From Planctomycetota bacterium (lineage in GTDB: Bacteria > Planctomycetota > B15-G4 > JADJEK01): DNA of 64,000 nt. The stretch covers positions 55,888 through 119,887 of the forward strand of contig JBGAIQ010000017.1 of the NCBI GenBank assembly GCA_044225365.1. The letters run 5' to 3'. Positions 54,864 to 64,000 of the stretch are shown here, piece after piece. Position 1 is the first letter of the stretch, and every line of letters starts with the position of its first letter. The notes under the pieces are model-generated. The model did not search any database and was not told the origin of the DNA. It saw only the letters and a list, made by a program, of their open reading frames with translations. The position numbers and the translations under genes were made by a program.

Positions 54864-57215
54864 ATGTGGGCCGAAGCGGCAGTCTTCGAACCCATGCGAC
54901 CCCGTTGGCGCTCGACTTATCGACTCCAGCTCACGCCTGACTTTGGATTCGAGTCGGCGCGGCGGCTGCTTCCCTACCTCGCGCGCCTCGGCGTCAGTCA
55001 TCTCTATCTCTCACCGATCCTCGAAGCGCGCGCGGGCAGCGCGCATGGCTACGACGTGACCGATCCGCGGCGCGTGCGGGAGGAGCTCGGTGGCGAATCC
55101 GCATTCGTGAGACTCTGCGACGAGGCCCATGGCATGGGCCTCGGGATCCTAGTCGACATCGTGCCCAATCACATGGCCGCGTCGCCGCAGGGCGAACCAT
55201 TTCGCGATGTCCTGACTCGCGGCGAGGAATCGGTGTTCGCGCGATGGTTCGACATCGATTTCTCGCGGCATGCGAACGACCGCAGGATCGTCCTGCCCTG
55301 GCTGTCGGACGAGGACTCGGTCGAGTTTCGGTTCGCGCGCGGGGAGAACGGGATCGAACTCGATCTCGGCGAACGATTGCCCTTCCGCGGAATCGACGAG
55401 ATTCCAACGGATGAAGGCGCCGCCGCCGCGCTCGAGCTGCAGGCCTACCGCCTCGTCCCCTGGCGATCCTCGGGTGGACGGCGAAACTACCGGCGTTATC
55501 TCGATCTCGATCACTTGATCGGAGTTCGCGTCGAGGATCCCGAAGTCCTCTTCGCGACACATGAGAAGATCCTGTCGCTCGTCGCGGGCGGATCCATCGA
55601 TGGCCTGCGCATCGATCATCTCGATGGACTCTCCGACCCGGTCGGTTACCTGAAGTCCATCAAATCGTTGTTGCCCGACGACGTCGCGATCTTCGCCGAA
55701 GCGACGAACGCGGCGGAGGCCCTACCGTGCGGCACGACCGGGTACGACTTCCTCCAGGCGATCACGACGACCCTGCTCTCCGATTCGGCGCGCATCACGA
55801 TGCGACGAGTCTTCACCGATTGCCACGGCAACGGCGATGCGGAGGAGGCAGCCGAGGTCATGCGAGCGTGCGAGCACGTCGCGAGCGAGATCCTGAAGGA
55901 CGAGTTCGATTCCGTTCTCGCCGCGCTGGCCGCGGATCCCGCGACGGGTGCGCTGGCGGATCTGCGAGCGGCCTTGTTGAAGTGTTGTGCGGGCGAGGCC
56001 GACGTCGTGATCCAAGCGGTTCTCGATCGGAGTCCGCGTTTGCAGCGCATCGTCCGATACGTGCGGTCGAAGGCGGTCGAAGACACCTTCTACTGGCGCG
56101 AGGTCTCGCTCCTCGCGGAGCGGGAACTCGGGATGGGGCCGCCGTGCGTCGCGGCCGCGGAGTCGAGTCCGCTCCGAGAACTGCTCGCGCGACGCGACCG
56201 CGCGGGCGGAATCTCCCTCAATTCGACGTCGACGCACGACACGAAGCGCAGCGAGGACGTTCGCGCTCGCCTGATCGCGCTCGCACCGCATGCCGAAGAA
56301 CTCGCGTCGATCGTCGGCGCCTGTGATGTCGGATTCCGGCGACACGAATTCCTGCATCTCGAATTCAAGGACATGTGGTTCGTCCTCTGCGAGTTGATCG
56401 GAGCCTGGCCGATCGAGAGCGCCTTGCCCGGACACCGTGAATCGTTCGCGTCGCGGATGGATCGGCATCTCGAGAAAGCCGCACGCGAGGCGAAGCAGCG
56501 CTCGAGTTGGCCCGCGCCCGATCGGGAGTACGAACGCACGCTCGCTCGATTCGCGCGCTTCGTGATCGAGGACACCCGCGATGAGGAAGGGAGCGAATGG
56601 CGCTCGCGATTCCTCGCGCTGCGCGAGCGCGTTGCTGGCGAGGGTTCCGCCATCGGGCTCATCCAAAGTGTCCTGAAGTTCACGATGCCGGGAGTGGCGG
56701 ACATCTACCAGGGGTGTGAGGGTATCGCGCTGAATCTCGTCGATCCGGACAATCGAAGACCCGTCGAATTCGCGCACCAGGTGGCGGAACTCGATGCACT
56801 CGAGCGTCTCGAGCGTTCGTGTGGCTCGCGCAGCGAACTCGTCGCGGCGCTGCTCGCCGATCCCTCGCCGGAGCGACTGAAGCGCTTCGTCATCCGCGAG
56901 TGTCTCGCATGGCAGCGCGACGTCGCAGACGCGTTCGATCGTTCGCCCACCGAATCGTGGAAGCCGCCGACCTTCCGCGACCCCCGCATCTTCTTCGATC
57001 GTCACGGAAAGGGGCGCAGCATGGTCGTGCTCGCCGCGCCGCCCTGGTCGCTCGCGCCGGGACTCGAGGAATCGATCGTCCAGCTCCCGTTCTCGCGGGG
57101 CGGCGTCCTCACGGATCGCTTCACTCATCGCGTGTTCCATCCGCACGAGTGGTATTCGCTGAAAGATGTGATCGGCCCGCTCGGCGTCGCGCTGCTCGAC
57201 GCGAAGGCGCCCTGA
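54864..57215 (+). CDS. treY: maltooligosyl trehalose synthase (GH13)
   Basis: STYRLQL, LGVSHLYLSPIL, HGYDVTD, DIVPNHM, GLRIDHLDGL, STHDTKRSEDVRAR, PGVADIYQG, LVDPDNRRPV. Confidence 0.88.
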   Translation: MWAEAAVFEPMRPRWRSTYRLQLTPDFGFESARRLLPYLARLGVSHLYLSPILEARAGSAHGYDVTDPRRVREELGGESAFVRLCDEAHGMGLGILVDIVPNHMAASPQGEPFRDVLTRGEESVFARWFDIDFSRHANDRRIVLPWLSDEDSVEFRFARGENGIELDLGERLPFRGIDEIPTDEGAAAALELQAYRLVPWRSSGGRRNYRRYLDLDHLIGVRVEDPEVLFATHEKILSLVAGGSIDGLRIDHLDGLSDPVGYLKSIKSLLPDDVAIFAEATNAAEALPCGTTGYDFLQAITTTLLSDSARITMRRVFTDCHGNGDAEEAAEVMRACEHVASEILKDEFDSVLAALAADPATGALADLRAALLKCCAGEADVVIQAVLDRSPRLQRIVRYVRSKAVEDTFYWREVSLLAERELGMGPPCVAAAESSPLRELLARRDRAGGISLNSTSTHDTKRSEDVRARLIALAPHAEELASIVGACDVGFRRHEFLHLEFKDMWFVLCELIGAWPIESALPGHRESFASRMDRHLEKAAREAKQRSSWPAPDREYERTLARFARFVIEDTRDEEGSEWRSRFLALRERVAGEGSAIGLIQSVLKFTMPGVADIYQGCEGIALNLVDPDNRRPVEFAHQVAELDALERLERSCGSRSELVAALLADPSPERLKRFVIRECLAWQRDVADAFDRSPTESWKPPTFRDPRIFFDRHGKGRSMVVLAAPPWSLAPGLEESIVQLPFSRGGVLTDRFTHRVFHPHEWYSLKDVIGPLGVALLDAKAP

Positions 57216-57251
57216 CATCTGCATGACAAACCCCGACCGACGCCTGGCAGG

Positions 57252-59081
57252 ATGAGCGCGATGGACAAGGTGGACAAAGGGCGCGCCCTGATCGTCGTCG
57301 CCATCGCTCTTGCGCTTGCGCCCGTCCCGGCGCTGCGCGTGCTCGGTGGCCGTGGCATCGACAAGGTGCTCGACGTCGATCGCGCGCAGCGCGAGAGTGC
57401 CGCGCTTGCCGCGTTCGGTGAGAGACTGCGCGAAGCGATGAAGAAGCGCCTCGAAGCGCCGTTCGATCTGCGCCTGCACGACGAGCCGAGCGTGCGCATC
57501 GACGACTCGCGCCCGGGAAGTCCGTTCTCGGATCCGATTTTCCTCGCGGCGCGCGCGCGCGTCTCCGAACCGAGCGCGAGCGGTGACGATCTCTTCGCCG
57601 ATCTCTTCAATGAACTCGACGCGGCGGGAGCGGCGCTTCGGAATGCGAACGATGCCGATTCGACCCTCTACGCGAATCTCCTCGCCGCCCGCGCTTGCGA
57701 GCGCGCGAAGCGCAGCGACCTCGCGATGGCTTTCATGGCGCGGATCCGAAAGGGCGACGAGGCTGCGAGCGAGTGGACACCACCGGCGGCGCGCCGCCGC
57801 GTGATCGCGCTCTCGCCCGAAGCCGATCGCGCCAAACTCGTCGCCGCCTGGATCGACGAGATTGCGATGCGCGCGACCGATCTCGATGAAATCGCTTGGG
57901 TCGGCGATGCCATCGCCGCCGAGGCTCCGAGCCTGCGGAAGCGCCTCAGTGCGGTGACGCATCGAGAGCGCGTGGCGCGGGAGATCGAAGTCGCACTCTC
58001 GAATGCGCCGCAGGGCACGATCGCGCTCGTGATGACGGAAGCGGTCGAGGCGTACGTCGTCACCGCGGATCACGCGAACGCGAAGGCCGTGGACTACTTC
58101 GATCTGATCCATGAGGCGGGAGGCTGGATCCTGGGTCACGAGACTCCGGGAGAGGTCGTGTCACTGAACAAGTCGCTCGTCGCGGCGGGTCTGTTCGTCC
58201 GGATCGGCCCGTACTTCGAAGACCGGACCGCGGTGCCGCTCGAGCCGTCCGTCGTGTTCGGGTCGCTCGGCGAAACCGGAGTGCATCGCGCGCTCGATGT
58301 CGCGCTCGCGGTCTACGCGGCGCTCGCGCTCGCGCTCGGTTTCGCGCTCTTGCGCGGGCATTCGCGCGCGGCCGCCCTGGCGCGCACGCAGGCCGACCTC
58401 ATCGCGCAGATCACGCATGAGCTGCGCACTCCGCTCACCGTTCTGCGCATGTATGGTGAGTCACTCGCGCAGGATCGCGTGCCCGCGGAGTCGCGCCAAC
58501 ACTACGTCACCACGATGAGCGAGGAAGCGGCGCGCCTCGGAGGGCTCGTCGATCGCGTCGCGCGGGCCGCGCGGGGCGACGAACCGAACGAGGACGCGGC
58601 GGCGTCCTGCGACGCGATCGCGGTCCTTCGGCCCCTCGTCGCCGTGCACGAGCGAGCGATCGCCGCTACGGGTGGAGCGTTGGATTCGCGATTCGCAGCG
58701 AGCGCGACGGTGCGATGCGATCCCGAGGACCTACGCCTCGTCATCGACGTGCTGCTCGACAACGCGGCGCAATACGGCAAGACCGAGGGCGGCGGGGCGC
58801 GCGTCGAGTTGGGCGTCGAGCGCTCGGCGGATCGCCTCGCGATCGCGGTGCGCGATCATGGCCCAGGAATCGCCGTCGAGGATCGACCTCGCCTCTTCGA
58901 GCGCTTCGCGCGCGGGGCGACGGGCCGGCGCTCGCAGCACCGCGGCGCCGGGATGGGCCTCTTCCTCGCGCGGCGCATCGCGCGGAGCGCGGGCGGCGAC
59001 CTCGTCCTCGAGTTCCCGGAGGATGGCGGCACGCTCGCGAGGCTGACGCTGCCGATCGCGAACTTGGAGAACGAGTCGTGA
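57252..59081 (+). CDS. membrane sensor histidine kinase
   Basis: Two transmembrane helices flanking a large periplasmic region; ITHELRTPL H-box, LLDNAAQY, VRDHGPGI, LFERF, GAGMGL. Confidence 0.92.
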   Translation: MSAMDKVDKGRALIVVAIALALAPVPALRVLGGRGIDKVLDVDRAQRESAALAAFGERLREAMKKRLEAPFDLRLHDEPSVRIDDSRPGSPFSDPIFLAARARVSEPSASGDDLFADLFNELDAAGAALRNANDADSTLYANLLAARACERAKRSDLAMAFMARIRKGDEAASEWTPPAARRRVIALSPEADRAKLVAAWIDEIAMRATDLDEIAWVGDAIAAEAPSLRKRLSAVTHRERVAREIEVALSNAPQGTIALVMTEAVEAYVVTADHANAKAVDYFDLIHEAGGWILGHETPGEVVSLNKSLVAAGLFVRIGPYFEDRTAVPLEPSVVFGSLGETGVHRALDVALAVYAALALALGFALLRGHSRAAALARTQADLIAQITHELRTPLTVLRMYGESLAQDRVPAESRQHYVTTMSEEAARLGGLVDRVARAARGDEPNEDAAASCDAIAVLRPLVAVHERAIAATGGALDSRFAASATVRCDPEDLRLVIDVLLDNAAQYGKTEGGGARVELGVERSADRLAIAVRDHGPGIAVEDRPRLFERFARGATGRRSQHRGAGMGLFLARRIARSAGGDLVLEFPEDGGTLARLTLPIANLENES

Positions 59082-59770
59082 GCTCCATCCTCCTCATCGA
59101 GGACGACGCCGCGTTGGCGCGCGGGCTCGTCGACAACCTGCGTTTCGAGGGTCACGCCGTGAAGCACGCGGGCAGCGCGGAGGACGGCCTTGCGCAACTC
59201 TCGAAGTCGCGTCCGGACCTCATCGTGCTCGATCTCATGCTTCCCGGCATCAGCGGCTTCGACTTCCTGCGCAAGACGGGCGACTCGAAGGACCGTCCGC
59301 CGGTCCTCGTGCTCTCGGCGCGCGACGCCGAGGTGGACATCGTCCGCGCCCTCGACCTCGGCGCCGCCGACTATCTGCGAAAGCCGTTCGCACTCGCGGA
59401 ACTGCTCGCGCGCGTTCGAGCGAGATTGCGTGAGCGGAGCGATCCCGAAGTGCCCGCAGTCATGGCTCTGTCGTTCGCCGACGTGTCCGTCGACTTCTCG
59501 CGCTTTCGCCTCACGAAAGGCAAACGCACGCACCTGCTCACGCATCTCGAAGTGGAGATCCTGCGACTCTTCGCCGCGCGCCCCGACGAACCGATCCGCA
59601 GGGCCGAGATCCTCGACCGCGCATGGGGCGATGACGAGTTCCCGACCGAGCGCACGGTCGACAACTTCATCGTGAAGCTGAGGCGGAAGATCGAGGACGA
59701 TCCGGCGGCGCCGCGGTTCCTCGTCACGGTCCACGGGTACGGCTATCGCTTCGCGCCGAAGGGGGCGTGA
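59078..59770 (+). CDS. OmpR/PhoB-family response regulator
   Basis: GTG start overlapping the kinase stop; ILLIEDD, LDLMLPG, DYLRKPF, RTVDNFIVKLRRKIE, TVHGYGYRF. Confidence 0.94.
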   Translation: MSSILLIEDDAALARGLVDNLRFEGHAVKHAGSAEDGLAQLSKSRPDLIVLDLMLPGISGFDFLRKTGDSKDRPPVLVLSARDAEVDIVRALDLGAADYLRKPFALAELLARVRARLRERSDPEVPAVMALSFADVSVDFSRFRLTKGKRTHLLTHLEVEILRLFAARPDEPIRRAEILDRAWGDDEFPTERTVDNFIVKLRRKIEDDPAAPRFLVTVHGYGYRFAPKGA

Positions 59771-60647
59771 AGAGGGGTCGTGGGTCGTCGAGCGCTCCAA
59801 CGGAGTCTCCCGATGTCCGCGAGACCATCGAGCGTGATCCCCGAGGATTCCTCGCTCGGCATCCCGAAGGCGCGATCCTCGACGAGGTCCAGCGTGCGCC
59901 GTCGATCCTCTCGTATCTGCAGGAGGAGGTCGACGCTCGTAGGAGCCCGGGACGATTCGTCCTCACCGGATCCCAGAACATCACGCTCCTGTCCGGCGTT
60001 GCGCAGTCGCTCGCCGGGCGCATCGCTCTGCTCCACCTTCTACCGGTCTCGCTCGCTGAGTCGCGAGCGCTCGAGCCGACTCGCACGCTCGAGGAAGAAC
60101 TCCTCTATGGCGGATACCCGCGCATCCGTGATCAGAAGCTCGATCCCTACGAGTGGCTCGGCGACTATCTCGCCACGTACGTCGAGCGCGATGTGCGCCA
60201 GATCCTCAACATCGGCGATCTGCGCACGTTTCGGATCTTCCTCGGCCCCTGCGCCGGACGTTTCGCTCAGCTCGCGAATCTCGCGCATCTCGGCGCGGAC
60301 GCCGGCGTGGACGCGAAGACCGCGAAGGCGTGGCTTTCCTTGCTCGAAGCCAGCTTCTTGATCAAGATCGTCTCGCCGCTGCATCGCAATCTCGACAAGC
60401 TACTCACTCGTGCGCCGAAGCTCTTCTTCCTCGACTCGGGTCTCCTGTGCGGGCTCCTCGAGATCCGTACGGTCGATCAGGTACGCACCCATCCACTTCG
60501 CGGCGCGATCTTCGAGACGTTCGTCGCGAGCGAGTTGTTCAAGGCGAGTCGTACCTGATCTACGGGGGCGACTCCGCGCGGGAGCAGGAAGGCGTACGCG
60601 TCGTGCCGTGGAACGCGATCGAGACCGTCGATTGGGCGGCGGTGTGA
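59767..60647 (+). pseudogene. AAA_14/DUF4143 ATPase remnant, N-terminally truncated and internally deleted
   Basis: Has DPRGFL, ILDEVQRAP (Walker B), LTGSQN, SLAGR, YGGYP, TYVERD and GAIFETFV but no Walker A. It stops at 60558, and the family-like tail YLIYGG...VVPW continues in another frame to 60647. Confidence 0.75.
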
Positions 60648-60665
60648 CGAACAAAATCCGCGCGA

Positions 60666-60706
60666 TGACAGCGCGGTGACATCGGCCTTCGTGCGGGACG
60701 TAGCGT
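60666..60706 (+). promoter_or_regulatory. putative OmpR-family binding direct repeat and -10 box
   Basis: TGACA at 60666 and 60677 (11-bp period), TGACG at 60645, and TAGCGT at 60701-60706 upstream of ATG 60777. Confidence 0.45.
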
Positions 60707-60776
60707 TGCATTTCGTCGGGGGCGCGCGGTTGTGCGGCTTCCTTGCGATGGAAAGTCGTTCGAAAGGACAAACGCC

Positions 60777-63773
60777 ATGTTCACACTTGGGAAATCGATC
60801 GTCGGACTCGGGCTCGTGCTTCTCGCAATGTTCGCGCCGCCTGCGCTCGCGCAGGACACGCGCACCGCGAGGGACCTCTACGTCGACGCCTGGTTCAAGG
60901 AAACCGCGGAGTCCGACTTCGCCGGCGCGCTGAAACTCTATCGCGAATGCGCGGATCGTGCGGCCGCGAGCGATCGCGAGCTCGCGGCGAAGGCGCTCCT
61001 GCGCGTCGCGAAGATCGCCGCCGCGCGCGGCGATGCCGAGGCGGCGAAGATCGTGATGGATCGAATCGGAAAGGAGTTCGCGGACACCGCGGCGGCGAAG
61101 GAGGCTGCGAAGACGACGACTCCGGAGCAGGGCGCCTCGAGCGAGGGGAAGGACGTCGACGAAGCGCGCAAGTGGCTCGACGAGATGCTGACGAGCGAGA
61201 ACGATCGCTCGCCCAACAAGGGCGCCACGATCTTTCGCGTGCTCGGCGCCGCGGAGGTGATGCGCATCTATCAGGCGCGCGGCGGCCGCCTCGAAAACGT
61301 GCTTTACAGCAGGCAGCCCGGGGACCTCTCCACGGCCGATTGGATGCTGTTCGCCACGAGGAAGGATCTGGCCGATCGAGGCCGGGACGTCGCGATCTGG
61401 CAGTTCTCGAACTCACATCCGACGGCCGTGCCCAAGGAGTTGGTCGACAGCATCGACGACAAGATCGAGCCCAGATCGGCCGCGCGGTTCTTCGAGGTGT
61501 GCGTGAACATCGGCACCGCCGAAGCGCTCGCCGCGCTCGCGTCGAAGGCCGACGTCCTCGGGCGGGTTTTTCCACACGGGGGCGTCACGCCCCCATTCGG
61601 AAAGCTGCTCGAGAACCAGAACGAGGGAGCCGCCGACGTGATGGCGCGCCTGTTCGCCGCGGCCGTGGCGGACAAGAGTCTCGAATGGATCGGTCAACAG
61701 TTTCTCTCCAATTCGTCGGTGCCGGCCCTGACGTTGGACACGCCGGGGTGGAGGGTCGTCCGCGAATGGTTCCCAAAGTTCTCGAGCTCCACGCGCGTGA
61801 ATTTCGCCTACGCGATCGTGAACATCCCGAACGTCGCGCCGATCGACTCCGTGGTCCAGATGCTGCTCGCCGACCCCGAACCTACGGTGCGCCTCCGGAC
61901 CATCGGCGGACTGCTCCTCTCGCAGAATGCCACATTGCGCACGCGCGCGGCGAAGGCGCTCGCCAAGGAGCCGCGGCCGGTCGACGTCAATGCGATCTCC
62001 AACGTCGTGCAGAAGGAAACGCCCGCGTTCGAAGAGCTCCTCGACGAGCTCTCCGGGCCGCTCCTCGAATGGGCCTATCAGATGTCGTTCCAGTGGTATC
62101 CGTCCCCGGCGGCCATCCTTCATCGCGGCCTCGAGCGCAAGGATCCGGAGATGCTTCGCGCGCTGTTCAGGCCGCAATGGCCGAACTCGATCGAGATCGA
62201 TCAAGGCGGATCGGTATCGAATGGGTGGTCGCCAGCCTACCAGCAGCTGCAGCAGAACGGACGGCTCAAGTCGATCGCTGCGGACAGCGACGCGACGCTC
62301 ATGCTGAAGTGCGTCGACGCCGCGCTCGCGCTGAACGACGAGGTGCTCGCGGAGTCGGCGCTCAACGCGATGGGTAACGACCTGAACGAGCGGTTCACGA
62401 AAGGCGTGATCGATCGCTTCGTCGCCGCGGGACTGTCGCGCGTGGATCGGTTCTTCGTCCAGGGCAACAACGTCCGTGACGTTTCCCGTGAATCGAAGCT
62501 CGCGCTCATGAGCCGGCCTTCGCGCGAAACGCGTTCCGCAGCGATCAAGAAGTTTCGCGATCCGTCGCTGCTCGCGCAGCTCGCGACGACGGCCGACCCG
62601 ATCGACCTCGAGCTGATCCGTCAGGTGGCGGAGAATCTGCCCGAGGTGCAGCTCGTCGTGCTGGAGCGGGCGGCGCCCGACTCGATGATGGCGTTGAAGG
62701 CGTTCGTGAGCCTCGTGACGAAGAACGACTCCGCGCTCGGTATCGGGCTCGCGCGAGGCGGCGACGATCGGCTGGGCGATGCTGCGGTTTGGGTCCTCAG
62801 GATCATCGTCGTTGGTGGGACCTGGCCGGTCGGCGCGCGAAAGGCCGGCGAGAACCCGCCGACCGAGGAGGAGAAGAAAGCGCTCCACGACAAGAACGTT
62901 GCCGAGGGCAATCCGCTCGTGCTGGTGCTCGACGCGATCGAGGGGTTGAAGGTCCCCGAGCCGTTCCGAGAAGAGCTGGAGAAGACGCTGGACGCGCAGC
63001 ACGAACAACTCGCGCGCCTCAAAGCTCTCGGCGTCGTCGTCGAGAAGCATCGAACCGACTGGGCTCGTGCGCTTCGCGATCGCCAGGCGGACCGAATCAT
63101 CAAAGATGCCGAACTGAACCCCGGCAACTTCCAGTTCATCGAAACGGCTGCGCTCGATCTCGCGAGTCTCGAGGCCCGCGAGAATGCTCTGCGATTGCTG
63201 GACGATTCGAATTCGACGCGCCGCTCGCTCGGTCTCTTGTGCCTCGCCAAGCTCGGCGACAAAGCGGCGATCGTGAAATTCGCACAGGATCATCCCGGCT
63301 CGATCGAATGGGTCGGAGCCGCGATCGAAGCTGGCGCGAGGGACGAGATCCTCGCGAGCGTCGCCGGCGGTCATCTCCGACGGGATGAGGTCTTGAGCCA
63401 GCCGGCCGCGCTGAAGGACGTCGATCTGCTCTGTCAGCTCCTGCTCGGAGGGGACCGAGTCGGCAACTTTCAGAACTACTCTCAACAGATCAAGGCCGCG
63501 GTGGAGAACTACGTCGGGAAGCGCGACGCGGACTCGCTCATGAAGATCGTCACCTACTACGATTCGCGCGACGCGGTCGATGCGCTGTTCGCACTCGGCG
63601 AGATCGGACGCGTGCTCGACGCGCTGCCGCGCTGGCCGAACCAGGCAGCGCAAGTCGCGATGGAAGAGTTCAAGCGGCGGACGAAGATCCCGGCCCAGTT
63701 CGCGGGAGATCTGGGATACGAGACGGTGCGCCGGGATTACGCGACGCAGTGGAAGGCTGCGCTTGGGCTGTAG
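60777..63773 (+). CDS. large secreted alpha-helical repeat protein (N-terminal TPR-like, HEAT-like repeats)
   Basis: AAAGGA SD, signal peptide ending ALA, DFAGALKLY...AAKALLRVAK TPR-like pair, LLADPEPTVR and LLDDSNSTRR HEAT-like motifs. Confidence 0.75.
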   Translation: MFTLGKSIVGLGLVLLAMFAPPALAQDTRTARDLYVDAWFKETAESDFAGALKLYRECADRAAASDRELAAKALLRVAKIAAARGDAEAAKIVMDRIGKEFADTAAAKEAAKTTTPEQGASSEGKDVDEARKWLDEMLTSENDRSPNKGATIFRVLGAAEVMRIYQARGGRLENVLYSRQPGDLSTADWMLFATRKDLADRGRDVAIWQFSNSHPTAVPKELVDSIDDKIEPRSAARFFEVCVNIGTAEALAALASKADVLGRVFPHGGVTPPFGKLLENQNEGAADVMARLFAAAVADKSLEWIGQQFLSNSSVPALTLDTPGWRVVREWFPKFSSSTRVNFAYAIVNIPNVAPIDSVVQMLLADPEPTVRLRTIGGLLLSQNATLRTRAAKALAKEPRPVDVNAISNVVQKETPAFEELLDELSGPLLEWAYQMSFQWYPSPAAILHRGLERKDPEMLRALFRPQWPNSIEIDQGGSVSNGWSPAYQQLQQNGRLKSIAADSDATLMLKCVDAALALNDEVLAESALNAMGNDLNERFTKGVIDRFVAAGLSRVDRFFVQGNNVRDVSRESKLALMSRPSRETRSAAIKKFRDPSLLAQLATTADPIDLELIRQVAENLPEVQLVVLERAAPDSMMALKAFVSLVTKNDSALGIGLARGGDDRLGDAAVWVLRIIVVGGTWPVGARKAGENPPTEEEKKALHDKNVAEGNPLVLVLDAIEGLKVPEPFREELEKTLDAQHEQLARLKALGVVVEKHRTDWARALRDRQADRIIKDAELNPGNFQFIETAALDLASLEARENALRLLDDSNSTRRSLGLLCLAKLGDKAAIVKFAQDHPGSIEWVGAAIEAGARDEILASVAGGHLRRDEVLSQPAALKDVDLLCQLLLGGDRVGNFQNYSQQIKAAVENYVGKRDADSLMKIVTYYDSRDAVDALFALGEIGRVLDALPRWPNQAAQVAMEEFKRRTKIPAQFAGDLGYETVRRDYATQWKAALGL

Positions 63774-63784
63774 TTCGTCGGTCC

Positions 63785-63933
63785 GGACCGCCGGGCTCCG
63801 CCCGGCATCGGATGGGAAGGGTGTGCGGACCGCCGGGCTCCGCCCGGCAGGGGATGGGAAGGAGTCCAGACCGCCGGGCTCCGCCCGGCATCGGATGGGA
63901 AGGGTGTGCGGACCGCCGGGCGTGCGCCGGGCA
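63785..63933. repeat. intergenic 41-42-bp tandem repeat (about 3.5 copies) with a REP-like hairpin
   Basis: Units start at 63785, 63827, 63868 and 63910. The core RGACCGCCGGGCTCCGCCCGGCA contains GCCGGGC-TCC-GCCCGGC. Confidence 0.9.
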
Positions 63934-64000
63934 AAGCTCGGGCAAGGAGGATCGAGACATGTAATCGTGAAACCTTGCATTGGATCCCCGCGGGTCGCAG

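Noticed and set aside
63785-63933. CRISPR array
   Set aside because: Linkers are only about 18-19 nt, identical or near-identical to each other, and there are no cas genes in the window.
61413-63980. 855-aa minus-strand ORF with repeats at its N-terminus
   Set aside because: Antisense shadow of the secreted helical-repeat gene; its repeats simply translate the 42-bp DNA repeat.

Overview
High-GC bacterial chromosomal segment, most likely from a planctomycete (planctomycete cytochrome c/DUF1549/DUF1553 + DUF1501 pair, sulfatase, tricorn protease, many secreted proteins). It holds about 40 genes: an HDOD-REC signalling gene with an Hpt partner, an ALDH7, a flippase plus three GT4 genes, DAHP synthase, speA, a class II photolyase-ybgA(DUF523/DUF1722)-truB operon, an MscK-like channel, a glgB-GH57-treY glucan cluster and an OmpR-type two-component pair. 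No rRNA, tRNA, CRISPR array, intact transposase or prophage was found. The main signals the ORF track misses are: (1) a secreted TlpA-like redoxin split by an in-frame TGA (W-U-G-P-C) with a SECIS-like GGUC hairpin, i.e. a probable selenoprotein; (2) an Rpn-like PD-(D/E)XK gene with two SD-led internal starts for a probable nested antitoxin; (3) a 160-bp element with perfect 17-bp terminal inverted repeats and a diverged half copy 19 kb away; (4) a 151-nt structured RNA candidate behind a well-placed -10 box; (5) a shared ~120-aa C-terminal domain on two otherwise unrelated secreted proteins, a candidate sorting signal; (6) a DJ-1/redoxin fusion lipoprotein lacking the DJ-1 cysteine; (7) an 11-bp-phased TGACA repeat upstream of a large secreted helical-repeat protein; (8) a 42-bp palindromic tandem repeat. 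All calls come from reading motifs by eye; no database searches were run and start codons are best estimates.
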